Source of the DNA: Octopus sinensis
Lineage: Eukaryota
Assembly (NCBI RefSeq): GCF_006345805.1
Contig: NC_043012.1
Span: 6,324,001 to 6,388,000 of the forward strand
Length of the DNA: 64,000 bases
Direction: 5' to 3'
In this document: in pieces, positions 26,853 to 39,316 of the stretch
Layout: the number at the start of each line of letters is the position of its first letter
How positions within the stretch are numbered: position 1 is the first letter of the stretch
Position numbers and translations under genes: made by a program
Notes under the pieces: generated by a model
Database searches by the model: none
The model's input: only the letters and a program-made list of their open reading frames with translations
Told to the model about the DNA's origin: nothing

Positions 26853-27230
26853 GTGGAGGCACAATGGCCTAGTGATTAGGGCAGCGGACTCATGGTCATA
26901 GGATCATGGTTTCGATTCCCAGACCGAGCATTGTGAGTCTTTATTGAACAAAAACACCTAAAGCTCCGCGAGGTTCCGGCAAGGGGTGGTGGTGAACCCT
27001 GCTGTACTCTTTCACCATAACTTTCTCTCATTCTTTCTTCCTGTTTCTGTTGAACCTGTATTTCAAAGGGCCATTTGTCACCTGTGTCTTACTGAATTTC
27101 CCAGAGAACTACATTAAGGGTACACATGTCTGTGGAGTACTCAACCATTTGCATGTTAATTTCATGAGCAGGCTGTTCAATTGATCGGATCAACGGAAAC
27201 CCTTGTTGTCATAACCGACAGAGTGCCACG
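26853..27230 (+). mobile_element. tRNA-derived SINE, family C
   Basis: GTGGAGGCACAATGGCCTAGTG (A box)...GTTTCGATTCCC (B box). Confidence 0.75.
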
Positions 27231-27294
27231 TATAATAAATCTCTACTTCAATACTTCGTTCAATGTTTATTTAAGCATTTATTTCCCTTTTTAG

Positions 27295-27414
27295 ATTCTG
27301 AAACCTTTGAGATCACCCTGCGTAAAGGGGTAACCGGTTTAGGCTTCAGTCTAGGCGGAGGGATTGGATGTCCTCTTGGAGATCGACCAATTTCTGTGAA
27401 GCGAATATTCAAAG
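27295..27414 (+). CDS. PDZD2/pro-IL-16-like gene exon: N-half of the last PDZ domain (missed by the ORF track)
   Basis: ttccctttttAG|ATTCTG...AAAG|GTAACG. Encodes (D)SETFEITLRKGVTGLGFSLGGGIGCPLGDRPISVKRIFK, matching IL-16 [27 protein letters not shown]. Confidence 0.95.
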
Positions 27415-28112
27415 GTAACGTTTATTCTCATATTTCACTTTTTCACTCTCTCTTACTTACACAATCTTTCTTAGTTTGTTTCCTCACCTCTCTCTCTCTC
27501 TCCTCAACTATCTAACAGTCTATCTATCCATCTATCTTGCTTTTTTCTTTATTTCCTTCCTTCCTTCCTTCCTTTCTTTCTTTCTTTCTCACACAATTTA
27601 TTCACAGCATTTATTTCTCTACAATCTAGAATATCTTTCATAAGAAGACCAGCATCTGTAAAGGAGTATTCAGTCTTTATAAAAATATGGATTATAAATC
27701 CTAGAAACACAAACTATGAATAAATTATGTAAAATTCTATGCCTTATGATGCATAGAATTTTTAGTTGAATGTTCTCTTTTGTTTTTCAACTGAGAATAA
27801 TTAGTGCACACACGCATACATTAATTTTTATAAAGAACAATTTGATAGGGACTTCAAAGCTTCAGCTCAATAAGTTGTCACCAAGCTGTGATTTACTTTG
27901 ATATTTCTCATTTTTTTTATATGTAGTTTTTGGCAGAAACACCAAAGTAAAATACGGTCTAATGATGGTTTATCAGCTGATACTTTGAAGCCGCTGTCAA
28001 CCATTTCTTTGTAAAAATTGATAAATATGTATTCTAAAATATACTGAATGATCTTTCAATTTCTTCTTAACTTCACATAAAAACAAACATTAATATATAT
28101 ATGTATATACAT

Positions 28113-28529
28113 AGGCGCAGGAGTGGCTGTGTGGTAAGTAGCTTGCTAACCAACCACATGGTTCCAGGTTCAGTCCCACTGCGTGGCATCTTGGGCAAGT
28201 GTCTTCTACTATAGCCCCGGGCCGACCAATGCCTTGTGAGTGGATTTGGTAGACAGAAACTGAAAGAAGCCTGTCGTATATATGTATATATATATATATA
28301 TATGTGTATGTGTGTGTGTTTTGTGTGTCTGTGTTTGTCCCCCTAGCATTGCTTGACAACCGATGCTTGTGTGTTTACGTCCCCGTCACTTAGCGGTTTG
28401 GCAAAAGAGACCGATAGAATAAGTACTGGGCTTACAAAGAATAAGTCCCAGGGTCGATTTGCTTGACTAAAGGCGGTGCTCCAGCATGGCCGCAGTCAAA
28501 TGACTGAAACAAGTAAAAGAGTAAAGAGT
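28113..28529 (+). mobile_element. SINE family A (young copy)
   Basis: Near-identical to 28820-29222 and 61789-62192. Confidence 0.9.
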
Positions 28530-28819
28530 ATATATGCATACATAAAAATTTATACAACAACAAGATGGAATAAATAGGTTTTAATCACAAATTACAACAT
28601 TTGTTTCTGTGGTGTGGCAACAGCTGCTAGTTGCTGAGTTTCCATTCTTGTTCCATTACATAAATTTGTTTTATAAATAATTACATAAATATGATCCAGC
28701 TTATGATAGTCAACAACAGTATTGTAGCTTTCAAATGAGGTTATTATGAGGTAATTCCCCAGATAATATCGAACACACACACACACATATATATGTATAT
28801 GTAGTTGTGTGTGTGTGTG

Positions 28820-29222
28820 TGTGGTAAGTAGCTTGTTTACCAACCACACGGTTCTGGGTTCAGTCCCACTGCATGGCACCTTGGGCAAGTGTCTTCTACT
28901 ATAGCCTCGGGCCGACCAAAGCCTTGTCAGTGGATTTGGTAGACGGAAACTGAAAGAAGCCCGTCGTATATATGTATATATATATATATGTATATATGTG
29001 TGTGTGTGTTTTGTGTGTCTGTGTTTGTCCCCCTAGCATTGCTTGACAACCGATGCTGGTGTGTTTACGTCCCCGTTACTTAGCAGTTCGGCAAAAGAGA
29101 CTGATAGAATAAGTACTGGGCTTACAAAAGAATAAGTCCCGGGGTCGAGTTGCTCGATTAAAGGCGGTGCTCCAGCATGGCCGCAATGAAATGACTGAAA
29201 CAAGTAAAAGAGAAAAAGAGAA
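28820..29222 (+). mobile_element. SINE family A (young copy)
   Basis: Near-identical to 28113-28529. Confidence 0.9.
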
Positions 29223-29485
29223 TATATATATATACACACACATAGTCTAAATCTGTGATAAATTGTTACATAATAAAATGAATTAACAAAGAATGTCGCA
29301 GACATTTATACAAATAGTATAAATTTTAGATATTTTTCATGACAAATGGTCATTGAACCTGGTTAGGTTTTGCATGGTAAGTCTTTAAATTCAGCTTAAG
29401 GTTTAGTTTTTAATTTAATAATTTGTTTTATTTTTTATTATTCTCATTATCTCTTTTAATTGTTTTTTTTTCTTCTTGTTTTTAG

Positions 29486-29973
29486 GTGGCATTGCTGACA
29501 AGTGTGGTGAAATGAGAGTTGGAGATGAAATCTTAGAGGTGAACGGTGAAGATTTTAGAAATCAGCGCCACTTCCATGCTTGGAACCACCTGAAGTTCCT
29601 GCCTGAAGGTGATCTGAAGCTTCTGATATGCAGACATCGTAATAGTGAAAAGGTGGATCCATTGCCAACGAGGACAAGAACAGCAAGACCAGGAACAGCA
29701 TCAGGAGAAACAGCATCAGCAACATCAACAACAACAACAGTAACAACAACAACTTCAGTGGAACCAAGAGATCCTCCATCAGTAACACCTGTTCTACCCC
29801 TTGTACAATTATCACCTGAAAAAGCTTCTACAGGAATTGCAGCTGCAGCAGCGATGATAGCAATATCAACAGTGGGTGCAGTAAAAGACCCTCACCAACT
29901 GCAAAAGTCCACCACTACAACCACAACCAACACGACGATCACCACCAACACCACCACAATGCAAACCCAATAA
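29486..29973 (+). CDS. PDZD2/pro-IL-16-like gene terminal coding exon: C-half of the last PDZ plus a Thr-rich tail
   Basis: Acceptor ttgtttttAG. Encodes GGIADKCGEMRVGDEILEVNG...FHAWNHLKFLPEGDLKLLI with the IL-16/PDZD2 AWN..K.LP.G signature. Stop TAA at 29971-29973. Confidence 0.95.
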
Positions 29974-30428
29974 ATGGAGCGTGATAATTTTGTTTTTATT
30001 TACACACACAAGAAAAAAATTTAAAATTATATAAAAGAAAGAAAAATAAGAGAGAACACTTTACTCTTAATATTTAAAAAAAAAACATTGAGAAAGAATT
30101 ACTTTTAACTATTTTATTTACTTTCTTTTTTGTTAAATTTTTTGTAGCAATTCTATTTTTGAATTTTTTGTATATTTTTTTTCCTCAAAATCCAGTTCAG
30201 TTTTGTTTCTGATTCTTCGATTTTTTATTTGGATATTTTTTTTTTTTACCGTTTTTTTTTTATCTGATTCACTCCATCTCCCATTACCTAACAACGTGTA
30301 TATATTTTTGATATACCACATCAGTAGTATTTAACTTACAAAAAGAAAAAAACAAACAAATCTGGTGATTAAAAAAACACACACAAAAAACAAAAAACAA
30401 ATAACAAATAACAACGAACTAAATTATA

Positions 30429-30438
30429 AATAAATAAA
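30429..30438 (+). terminator. Candidate polyadenylation signal (overlapping AATAAA x2)
   Basis: About 455 nt after the stop and followed by U/GU-rich sequence. Weak, because AATAAA is common in this AT-rich DNA. Confidence 0.3.
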
Positions 30439-31047
30439 GCTTTTATTGTGATTATTAATATTATTATCAATATCATTATTTTAAAACGGTGGATGGCATA
30501 ATTGATAAAGGGCCATAATAATTGCCTTGTAATGAGTTATGTTCCTTGTCATCCCGGAATTCAAATCTTGCCGAGGTCAACTTTACCCTTCATCTTTCCA
30601 GGATCGATCGAATACTTATTAGATACTGTATAGGCGGAATTACTTAAACACTTCTTGTAAAATATGTGGCTGTATTACTTAAAGAATGTTGTATGACTTC
30701 ATTTTATTTATGCTTGAGAAAGACATAATTATCAAAGAGCTCTCGGTTGTCTCCCTTCTGTAGCCGTGCTGTCCTTAGTTACCTGCCCTTCTCAGAATCG
30801 TCCTCTTAGCTTCATTAATAAATGAACGTCTGGCTGGATTTCTGTTCTACTTAACAAGCTATGGGCCGTATATGTGTGAGTGGTGGTCGCCGCTATTTAT
30901 ATCTGTTTCTTTTCTCTATCTCTCTCTCTTTTTTTTTTTTTTTTGCTTTCACTCTGTCCTTCTTCTTGTGCCTAATTTCTAAATACACACCGGTGGAGAA
31001 CATGGCTCAGTGAAAGAGAAAACAAAAGCGAGAGAGTTGAGAGCGAG

Positions 31048-31081
<34 letters not shown>

Positions 31082-31340
31082 AGGGGGAGGTAGGGAGTAG
31101 GAGGAAAAGCTCCAAGTTGTTGTGGCTATTGTCATACTACGTATATCTGCAGGCTGTCGTGAGGGGGGGGGGCAATAAAGTAAGTACCAGTCATGTACTT
31201 GGGTTGATGCAAAATTCTCTGATTCCTCTTACTTTAAATTGTTCTGTGCTTGTATTAGAGACCATTATTATATAGGAATAACATTCCAGTATCTCTCGAT
31301 AAAAGATTACGTTTCTTTCTTCTTTTCTTTGTAATATTAG

Positions 31341-31588
31341 TAATAATAATAATAATATTAATAGTAATAATGATTTCTTTTATTGGTCACAAGGGCCCGA
31401 AACATGGAAGATAATATCAAAAGATGAGTTACAACATACAAAAACTAAAAGCGTAAACAGGTGGGGCTTCTGTTGATCAAAGGTCGATCTTGGGCAGATC
31501 AGAACTCAAAACTTTCAGAGTTGGGAATTATACTGCAAGACATTAATTTGAGTATACGTTCCAGCTCTAGTAATGAATAATAATAATA

Positions 31589-31621
<33 letters not shown>

Positions 31622-32757
31622 TAATATCTTCTTTATTATTGCCACATTAATAATGATAAAATAAAGATATCCAACATTGTTAAATATTAATTCCATAATA
31701 ATAGCAATAATATTTTCTAAACTTGACACAAAGTCACAAATTGTAACTGTATGACACCTCTACTCCCACCCACCCCCTGTTTAGCCATACTGTACATATA
31801 TAAGCAAGACTCTCCTTCTCTCTCTCTCTCTCACTCTCTTGGCATGCAGTAGTTTATGGCCCTCACATCATGCTACTACTAGCGTTTTCTTTATATTGTC
31901 TACTCTACAACGTATTCTTATATGGTTGTTATTGATGACAGTGTTGTACAATTCCCCCCACCCCACCCCCAAGTCAGGTCTTATTTTGATCATATATTAT
32001 CAAAGACATTCCAATGGGGATCATTCCATATGAGTTATTTATTTGTTTTTATTTCATGCAGTGTATTTAGGATTATGATATCATGGGTTGGACAGTTTAA
32101 CTGATACCTTAGACAGTTCATTAGTGGATCTGCATGTGTGCCTAGGCTTTCGTGGTGGTTGCAAACTGTAGTGACACACGGAGTGGACCTGGTTAGATGC
32201 AATCATCACTACTTGGTTTTCTGTTTAAATTTCTCCTTTTACACAGGGTATCTTCTAATTCATTATCTTCCAACTTCCATTTAGTGATCAATGTAAATTT
32301 GGTAATTATTTATATAAATTTGGTAATGACTGAACACGATGTCAGAAATTTAGTGAACTTCTAATTAAAAACACTAGAGGTCACTAATTACAATATGAAA
32401 ACAAATAAAATTTGGTGCAATTAAGTAAGAAATAAGTGAACAGTGTGAGATAGATTGTTGTCTATTTTAATAAACCTGCTTATTCTAATAATTAGTGTGG
32501 CGAGTTTGAAAGTTAGAGAGAGAAAAAAGAGCCTCCAACATAGGATCATGACCAGGTCACAATACTTAAATAATTGATCCAATAAATCATCGTCATCATC
32601 ATCATCATCATCATCATTATTATATCTTCTTGATCCTTTGAATTTTGGATCAGTTGGTTTTTGTGGTGGTTAAGAAAGGGTGCAGAAAGTGTAAAAATCT
32701 GGGTTAGAACTTTATTCTTGGGTATCTCCTCGCTTTACTTTAAAGTAAACAAGGATG

Positions 32758-32790
<33 letters not shown>

Positions 32791-33006
32791 TTAATAGTAA
32801 TAATGATTTCTTTTATTGGTCACAAGGGCCCGAAACATGGAAGATAATATCAAAAGATGAGTTACAACATACAAAAACTAAAAGCGTAAACAGGTGGGGC
32901 TTCTGTTGATCAAAGGTCGATCTTGGGCAGATCAGAACTCAAAACTTTCAGAGTTGGGAATTATACTGCAAGACATTAATTTGAGTATACGTTCCAGCTC
33001 TAGTAA

Positions 33007-33055
<49 letters not shown>

Positions 33056-34194
33056 TAATATCTTCTTTATTATTGCCACATTAATAATGATAAAATAAAG
33101 ATATCCAACATTGTTAAATATTAATTCCATAATAATAGCAATAATATTTTCTAAACTTGACACAAAGTCACAAATTGTAACTGTATGACACCTCTACTCC
33201 CACCCACCCCCTGTTTAGCCATACTGTACATATATAAGCAAGACTCTCCTTCTCTCTCTCTCTCTCACTCTCTTGGCATGCAGTAGTTTATGGCCCTCAC
33301 ATCATGCTACTACTAGCGTTTTCTTTATATTGTCTACTCTACGACGTATTCTTATATGGTTGTTATTGATGACAGTGTTGTACAATTCCCCCCACCCCAC
33401 CCCCAAGTCAGGTCTTATTTTGATCATATATTATCAAAGACATTCCAATGGGGATCATTCCATATGAGTTATTTATTTGTTTTTATTTCATGCAGTGTAT
33501 TTAGGATTATGATATCATGGGTTGGACAGTTTAACTGATACCTTAGACAGTTCATTAGTGGATCTGCATGTGTGCCTAGGCTTTCGTGGTGGTTGCAAAC
33601 TGTAGTGACACACGGAGTGGACCTGGTTAGATTGCAATCATCACTACTTGGTTTTCTGTTTAAATTTCTCCTTTTACACAGGGTATCTTCTAATTCATTA
33701 TCTTCCAACTTCCATTTAGTGATCAATGTAAATTTGGTAATTATTTATATAAATTTGGTAATGACTGAACACGATGTCAGAAATTTAGTGAACTTCTAAT
33801 TAAAAACACTAGAGGTCACTAATTACAATATGAAAACAAATAAAATTTGGTGCAATTAAGTAAGAAATAAGTGAACAGTGTGAGATAGATTGTTGTCTAT
33901 TTTAATAAACCTGCTTATTTCTAATAATTAGTGTGGCGAGTTTGAAAGTTAGAGAGAGAAAAAAGAGTCTCCAACATAGGATCATGACCAGGTCACAATA
34001 CTTAAATAATTGATCCAATAAATCATCGTCATCATCATCATCATCATCATCATTATTATATCTTCTTGATCCTTTGAATTTTGGATCAGTTGGTTTTTGT
34101 GGGTGGTTAAGAAAGGGTGCAGAAAGTGTAAAAATCTGGGTTAGAACTTTATTCTTGGGTATCTCCTCGCTTTACTTTAAAGTAAACAAGGATG

Positions 34195-34230
<36 letters not shown>
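31341..34230. repeat. Direct tandem duplication, unit ~1433 bp, two copies
   Basis: 31381 TATTGGTCACAAGGGCCC recurs at 32814. Duplicated ORFs start at 31839 and 33273. Junctions lie in (AAT)n arrays. Confidence 0.95.
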
Positions 34231-35007
34231 GGAGGGGGAGGAGGAAGAAGAATATGATTTGATGGCTAATAAAAAAATGCAAGAAAGAAAATATGAAATA
34301 ATTTGTGGGAGAGGAAATAGAAAAAGAAGTAATTGAATTAATTGAAATAAATTTGAAATTAAAAGAAATATTTTTGAATAATCTAATATGAAAAATGGGG
34401 TTTGGATTTCAAAGCATTCATGTAGACAGAAAATAAAGCAGTGTGTAAATTGAAATCTCTGGATGGTTAAATGGGTTTAGATATAATAATGTTTGCTTGG
34501 TGTTTATTGTTTGTCAGTTTAGGAGTATGCAGGTGATAAAAAGTCAGTTTTTAAAATAACATCTGGAGTGTCACATTAGCTTAATTTTTCCAAGAGATAC
34601 CAATGGGTGATGTCTAATAAACTGAATATGTGTTGTGTATTGGGGTTTAAACCAAATTGTTTATATTAACTTCCATCATAGAAATACTTCTAATGTCCAT
34701 GACGATGACCACCACCACCACCACCAAAAACTTTAAATAAAGGAAATGAATACAATTGTTTTACTGAGGAGGGGAAGACATAGAAAAGACAGGATAAAAT
34801 GGGTGGTTGTGGGATGTGGGTAACTATAAATTTGAGGCAATCAGTTACTGTTGTCAGTGTTGTTACATGGGAGCAGGGTGTTACACTTTGGTTAGGAAGA
34901 GATGACAAGAATTTATATGTGATAAAAGTTTTGAAACATTCCATTTCAAATGTCCGCAATTTGAAGTCTATTGTTAGTAGTGGCCCTGTGTGTGTCTTTA
35001 TATATAT

Positions 35008-35049
<42 letters not shown>

Positions 35050-35765
35050 ATTTCGGAATGGTCATTTTGCCAGTTTAGCTAATAAACGTATATATATATA
35101 TATATTATATATATATATATATTATATTCATATATATATATATTCATATATATATGTATATACGAATTCATCAGAGTGTTTCTGGGACCCAGTGTAATAT
35201 CAATGTCAAATAGCTAAATAGCTTTGGTTCCTTAAAAAAACATATAAATATTAACACTTGTTGTTAGAATAGAGTATAGTTTCATTTTCCCCACATAGTT
35301 TGTAAAATATATCACACACATTCTCACAATTAATACTATATGTCATAAATCCACTGTAATTTCCCTCAATGATACAGTATCACTTTTATGTACAAGGGAG
35401 ACAATTTTAGTAAGGAAGCCTGAGTTAGAATTGTTTGTTTTTCTGGTTCTATATTTTCACTGCAGTAATTTTGACCCGATTGCTCTATTTCTATTTTACT
35501 TTCTGTCCTATAGTTTAATTTTTAATTTTAACATTATGTTACCTCCTCCACTTCCCTCATTCTCTCTCTCTTCATATATATATATATATATATGAGCATT
35601 CTTTATGTATTACTTAAATAGATACGCTGTAAGAAATATGTTGCTTATAATGAATTTTTACCCACCCTGCCAGCTATTTGCAAACATCAGTGATTTGCTA
35701 ATCACTGCTTTTCTATATCAGTTGAAGCAAAATTTGTCTAAGCATCTGGCTGATATTGGATGCTT

Positions 35766-35807
35766 GCTACTGATGATGCGCAAAGACGCAGACATCCTGT
35801 ATCTAGC
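35766..35807 (+). ncRNA. Degenerate type I hammerhead-like motif
   Basis: GCUA-CUGAUGA-UGCG(CAAAGA)CGCA-GACA-UCCUGU-AUC^UAGC. All three stems can form. One core change (GAAA to GACA). Confidence 0.4.
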
Positions 35808-35866
35808 TATTCCACCACCAATGCTGGATGTTATTGATCTGTTACTGGTGTACTTCTGTGCATTTT

Positions 35867-35920
<54 letters not shown>

Positions 35921-37084
35921 CACACTCACAGTTGCCTTGCAGAATGTGAAAGTAGAGCTGAATGAATTTATGCACATTAACAAATAATTTTGTATTTTTC
36001 TGTCTGTGTGTCTCTCTCTCTCAGCATATATATAGGAATTTATGTGAACAATGAAGTTTCAAAAGAGGGAGTTACACATGAACACTGTATACTGATAATT
36101 TAAGAAATAAACTTAAAACAAAAAATATACAATTATAAAAATGTAACAAGCACAAAATAAACTATATAAAACATTAAAAAAATGATTGCTTGATTGATTG
36201 ATTGCTATAATTGATTGATATATATAAATGAGCGATTTTTTTTTTTAATAAATCAATATCTGTAATATTTATCCATGAAATTCTAATGGTTAATACTTGA
36301 ATGAATGGCAATTTCTATAAAACAATTATTGTTTTTAAAAGAGAAAATCCCTGAAATATTGTCATAATAATATTAATAATTATTATTTTTAATATTTCTA
36401 TTATGTTCATTATTTTCGTTTCTGTTATTATTATACAAAATATATAAATTAAATAAAGAAAAACGAAAAATCCTTCCTCCATGATGTGTTTTGGTATTGT
36501 TTTTATTTTGATTTCAGTTTTTATTTTTAATTATTGCCAGTTGTTGTTGTTGTAATAATTATAAATCATGACAAAATTGGTCATTTGGCAGAGTAATTAG
36601 AGCATTTGATTGGTTGCTTTGCAGTAACTGATGTCATTCTTTGTACTCTGAATCCAAAGTTTGCTGATGTCAGTTTTATTTTCATCTTTTCTTGCTTGAT
36701 ATACCAGTAATATATTGAGATCAATTCTTTACTTTCTATCTCCTTGTCTTTCTCACTTTCTGGAGGAAACCATCTGTGGTTAGAGATCCAGAAATAAATG
36801 GGATCTGCCAAACCTAACATTGTCCAAGACATGCTGTATCCCATGACAGTGTCCCTAAACTCCACCAAGGACTAAGGACTGGATCTAAGGCAAGAGCATA
36901 ATTTTATAAGCAATAACAATTTGATTAACAAAGCAAAATTATGACAACATGTGACAGAAGTTCTGTGGAATTTTCTAATCTGAATCAAAAGTTATGGTCT
37001 CAGATCTGAGATCTCTTTTGATGTGGATTTTTTGGTCATTATCTAAACTTAATGATAATTACCACATTCTTTTATTCATCACTT

Positions 37085-38212
37085 TTCTCGGACTTTTCTA
37101 GGAAGACCTTCCTGCCCTTCCTCTCCCTCCTCAGACTTTTCCAGGAAGGCCTTCCTCCTCTTTCTCCCATTCCCCTGCATCGGACTTTTCTAGGAAGTCC
37201 TCCCCTCTTCTCTAGTAGGACATTTCCAGGCAGTCAATCCTCCACTTCCTCCCTCTCCATGGACTTCCCCTCCTCCCCTTCCACATCCTTGGAACTTTCC
37301 AAGACGTCCTCCCCTACTCTACCCCCTTCCCTTTCCTCAGAATTTTCCAAAAAGACCTCCCCTCCTCCCTTTCCTCTTCCTCCATCTCCTCCACCTCGAA
37401 ATTTCTAGAATTCCTCCCCTTCCACAACCTCGGAACTTTCCAGGAAATCTTTCCCCTTCTTCACTTCTCCTTCCTCAGAATATCCAGGAAGTCCTCCTCG
37501 GAACTTCCCAGGAATTCCTTTCCCTCCACCCCCACCTACTCAGGATTTTCCAGGATGTCTTACACTCATCCCTTTTCTCCACCTCGGAACTTTCCAGGAA
37601 GCCCTCCTCCTCGGATATCTCCAGGAATTCTATCCACCTCCTCCCCGTCTACATCTTCAGAACTTTCCAGGTAGACATTCTCATATTGCCCTTCCTTCCC
37701 TCCTACTTCCTCGGAACTTTCCAGAAAGTCCTCCTTCCCATCGTTGGAGCTTTCCAGGTGGTCCTTCTCTTCCTCTCCTTCCACATCCTCAGAACTTACC
37801 CCATCTTCTTCATTTCTCCCCTTCCCCTCCTCGAAAGTTTCCAGAAAGTCCACGTCCCTGGAAATTTCGAGGAAGTCCTTCCCATTCTCCTCTTCCACAT
37901 TCTTGGATCTTTCTAGGAAGTGTCTCCCCTTCTTCCTCTTCCTCCCCTTTTTGGAACTTTCCAGGAAGGCTCACTCTCCTCTTCAACATCCTTGGAGCTT
38001 TTCAGGAAGTACCTCCCCTACCCCTTTCCCCCTTCCTACCGTCGGAACTTTCCAGGACGTCCTTACCGTCCTTGGAACTTTTCAGGAAGCCCATCCGTTC
38101 GTCCCCTTCCACCAGAACTTCCTAGGAAATCCTTTTACTCCTCCCCTTCCTGCTCCTTAGTACTTTTCAGGAAGTCCCCCTCCTTCCCTTCTCCCTCGGA
38201 ACACTTTCCGGG
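37085..38212. repeat. Degenerate minisatellite-like array, ~28 units of TCGGAACTTTCCAGGAAG plus variable C/T-rich spacers
   Basis: The core recurs about every 25-60 bp (e.g. 37430, 37584, 37711, 37951, 38043). Extreme pyrimidine/purine strand skew. Confidence 0.9.
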
Positions 38213-38770
38213 GTCACAGCCATAGACTCACGATTCATCACCTGTTATGATCGTTTTTCGAAATGTTTTCATTGTTCTCAACAGAGTTATGGAGATCTTG
38301 TGCAACTGAAACCCGAGTGTCTTTTTGGTTAACTGAAAGCAGGTTTGGCACAAACTTGGCTCCCCTTCATACTCAAATCTTCAGTGGTAATGGACTGAAC
38401 TGAACTGTAACTAATTTACACATCCTCTGATAATGCATGGATGCTGATCTGACGATTTCCCTTCACAACTACACTCCTCTCCATACATCTCTGCAACCTT
38501 GTAGGCATCTGGATAGGTATCGCCAAGCTTTGGGCAAAATTTGATGCAGATTCTCTGCTCAACTTTCTCTGTCATGGTCAGTGCAGCGATCACACGCTAC
38601 ACATGTTCCTTGCAAACACTGCTGAAAGCAGTGGAAGTGAGCGAGATCGTTAAAACTTAGTTCACATGCACTGCAGAGTTCAAGGTCAATCTGTGCCAAG
38701 TGACTTCTCTTTGCGTGCTTTAGCTTCGTTACTATGACAACAGTCTGAATACTTGTTGATCAGATCACGT
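38213..38770 (-). mobile_element. Mariner element 5' remnant
   Basis: Minus-strand MTEKVEQRICIKFCPKLG and IITGDES*VYGCDP (first catalytic Asp motif). TIR-like end at ~38740-38770. Confidence 0.85.
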
Positions 38771-39038
38771 ATATATCGGAATTTTCTTTTTAGCCTCAGA
38801 GTTTATGTCTTCTGTAACGAATATCTGTTCCGCTCACTTCAATTATTTCCCCACTCTTTCTAGAGTCTCGGTGGTGTCAGTGCCTTCACGGAATAGCTCT
38901 TGTGCCCCATACACTGTTATGTCTACTGCTGGATGGACTGTTTTCTTTACTGGTGGAATCAGATTCACGTCAAAGAGTAACACCTTACTAAACCACCACT
39001 CTGGCAATATAGTCCGTAGATTAAGGAACATTACAAAA

Positions 39039-39316
39039 AGGCAGTGAGCTGGCAGAATCGTTAGCATGCCGGGTAAAATGCTTAGCGGTATTTCGTCAGC
39101 CGCTACGTTCTGAGTTCAAATTCCGCCAAGGTCGACTTTGCCTTTCATCCTTTCGGGATTGATAAATTAAGTACCAGTTATGCACTGGGGTTGATATAAT
39201 CGACTTAATCCGTTTGTCTATCCTTGTTTGTCCCCTCTGTGTTTAGCCCCTTCTGGGTAGTAAAGAAATAGGTATTTCGTCTGAGTTCAGCCCCTTATGG
39301 GCAATAAAGAAATAAG
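39039..39316 (+). mobile_element. SINE family B
   Basis: Near-identical to 25377-25610. Confidence 0.85.

Noticed and set aside
37566-37898. Acidic repeat ORF (DFLESSEE units) on the minus strand
   Set aside because: Unit lengths are not multiples of three, so the frame shifts along the array. No splice or start context.
37085-38212. CRISPR-like repeat-spacer appearance
   Set aside because: Repeats are degenerate, spacers are low-complexity C/T tracts of irregular length, there are no cas genes, and the context is eukaryotic.
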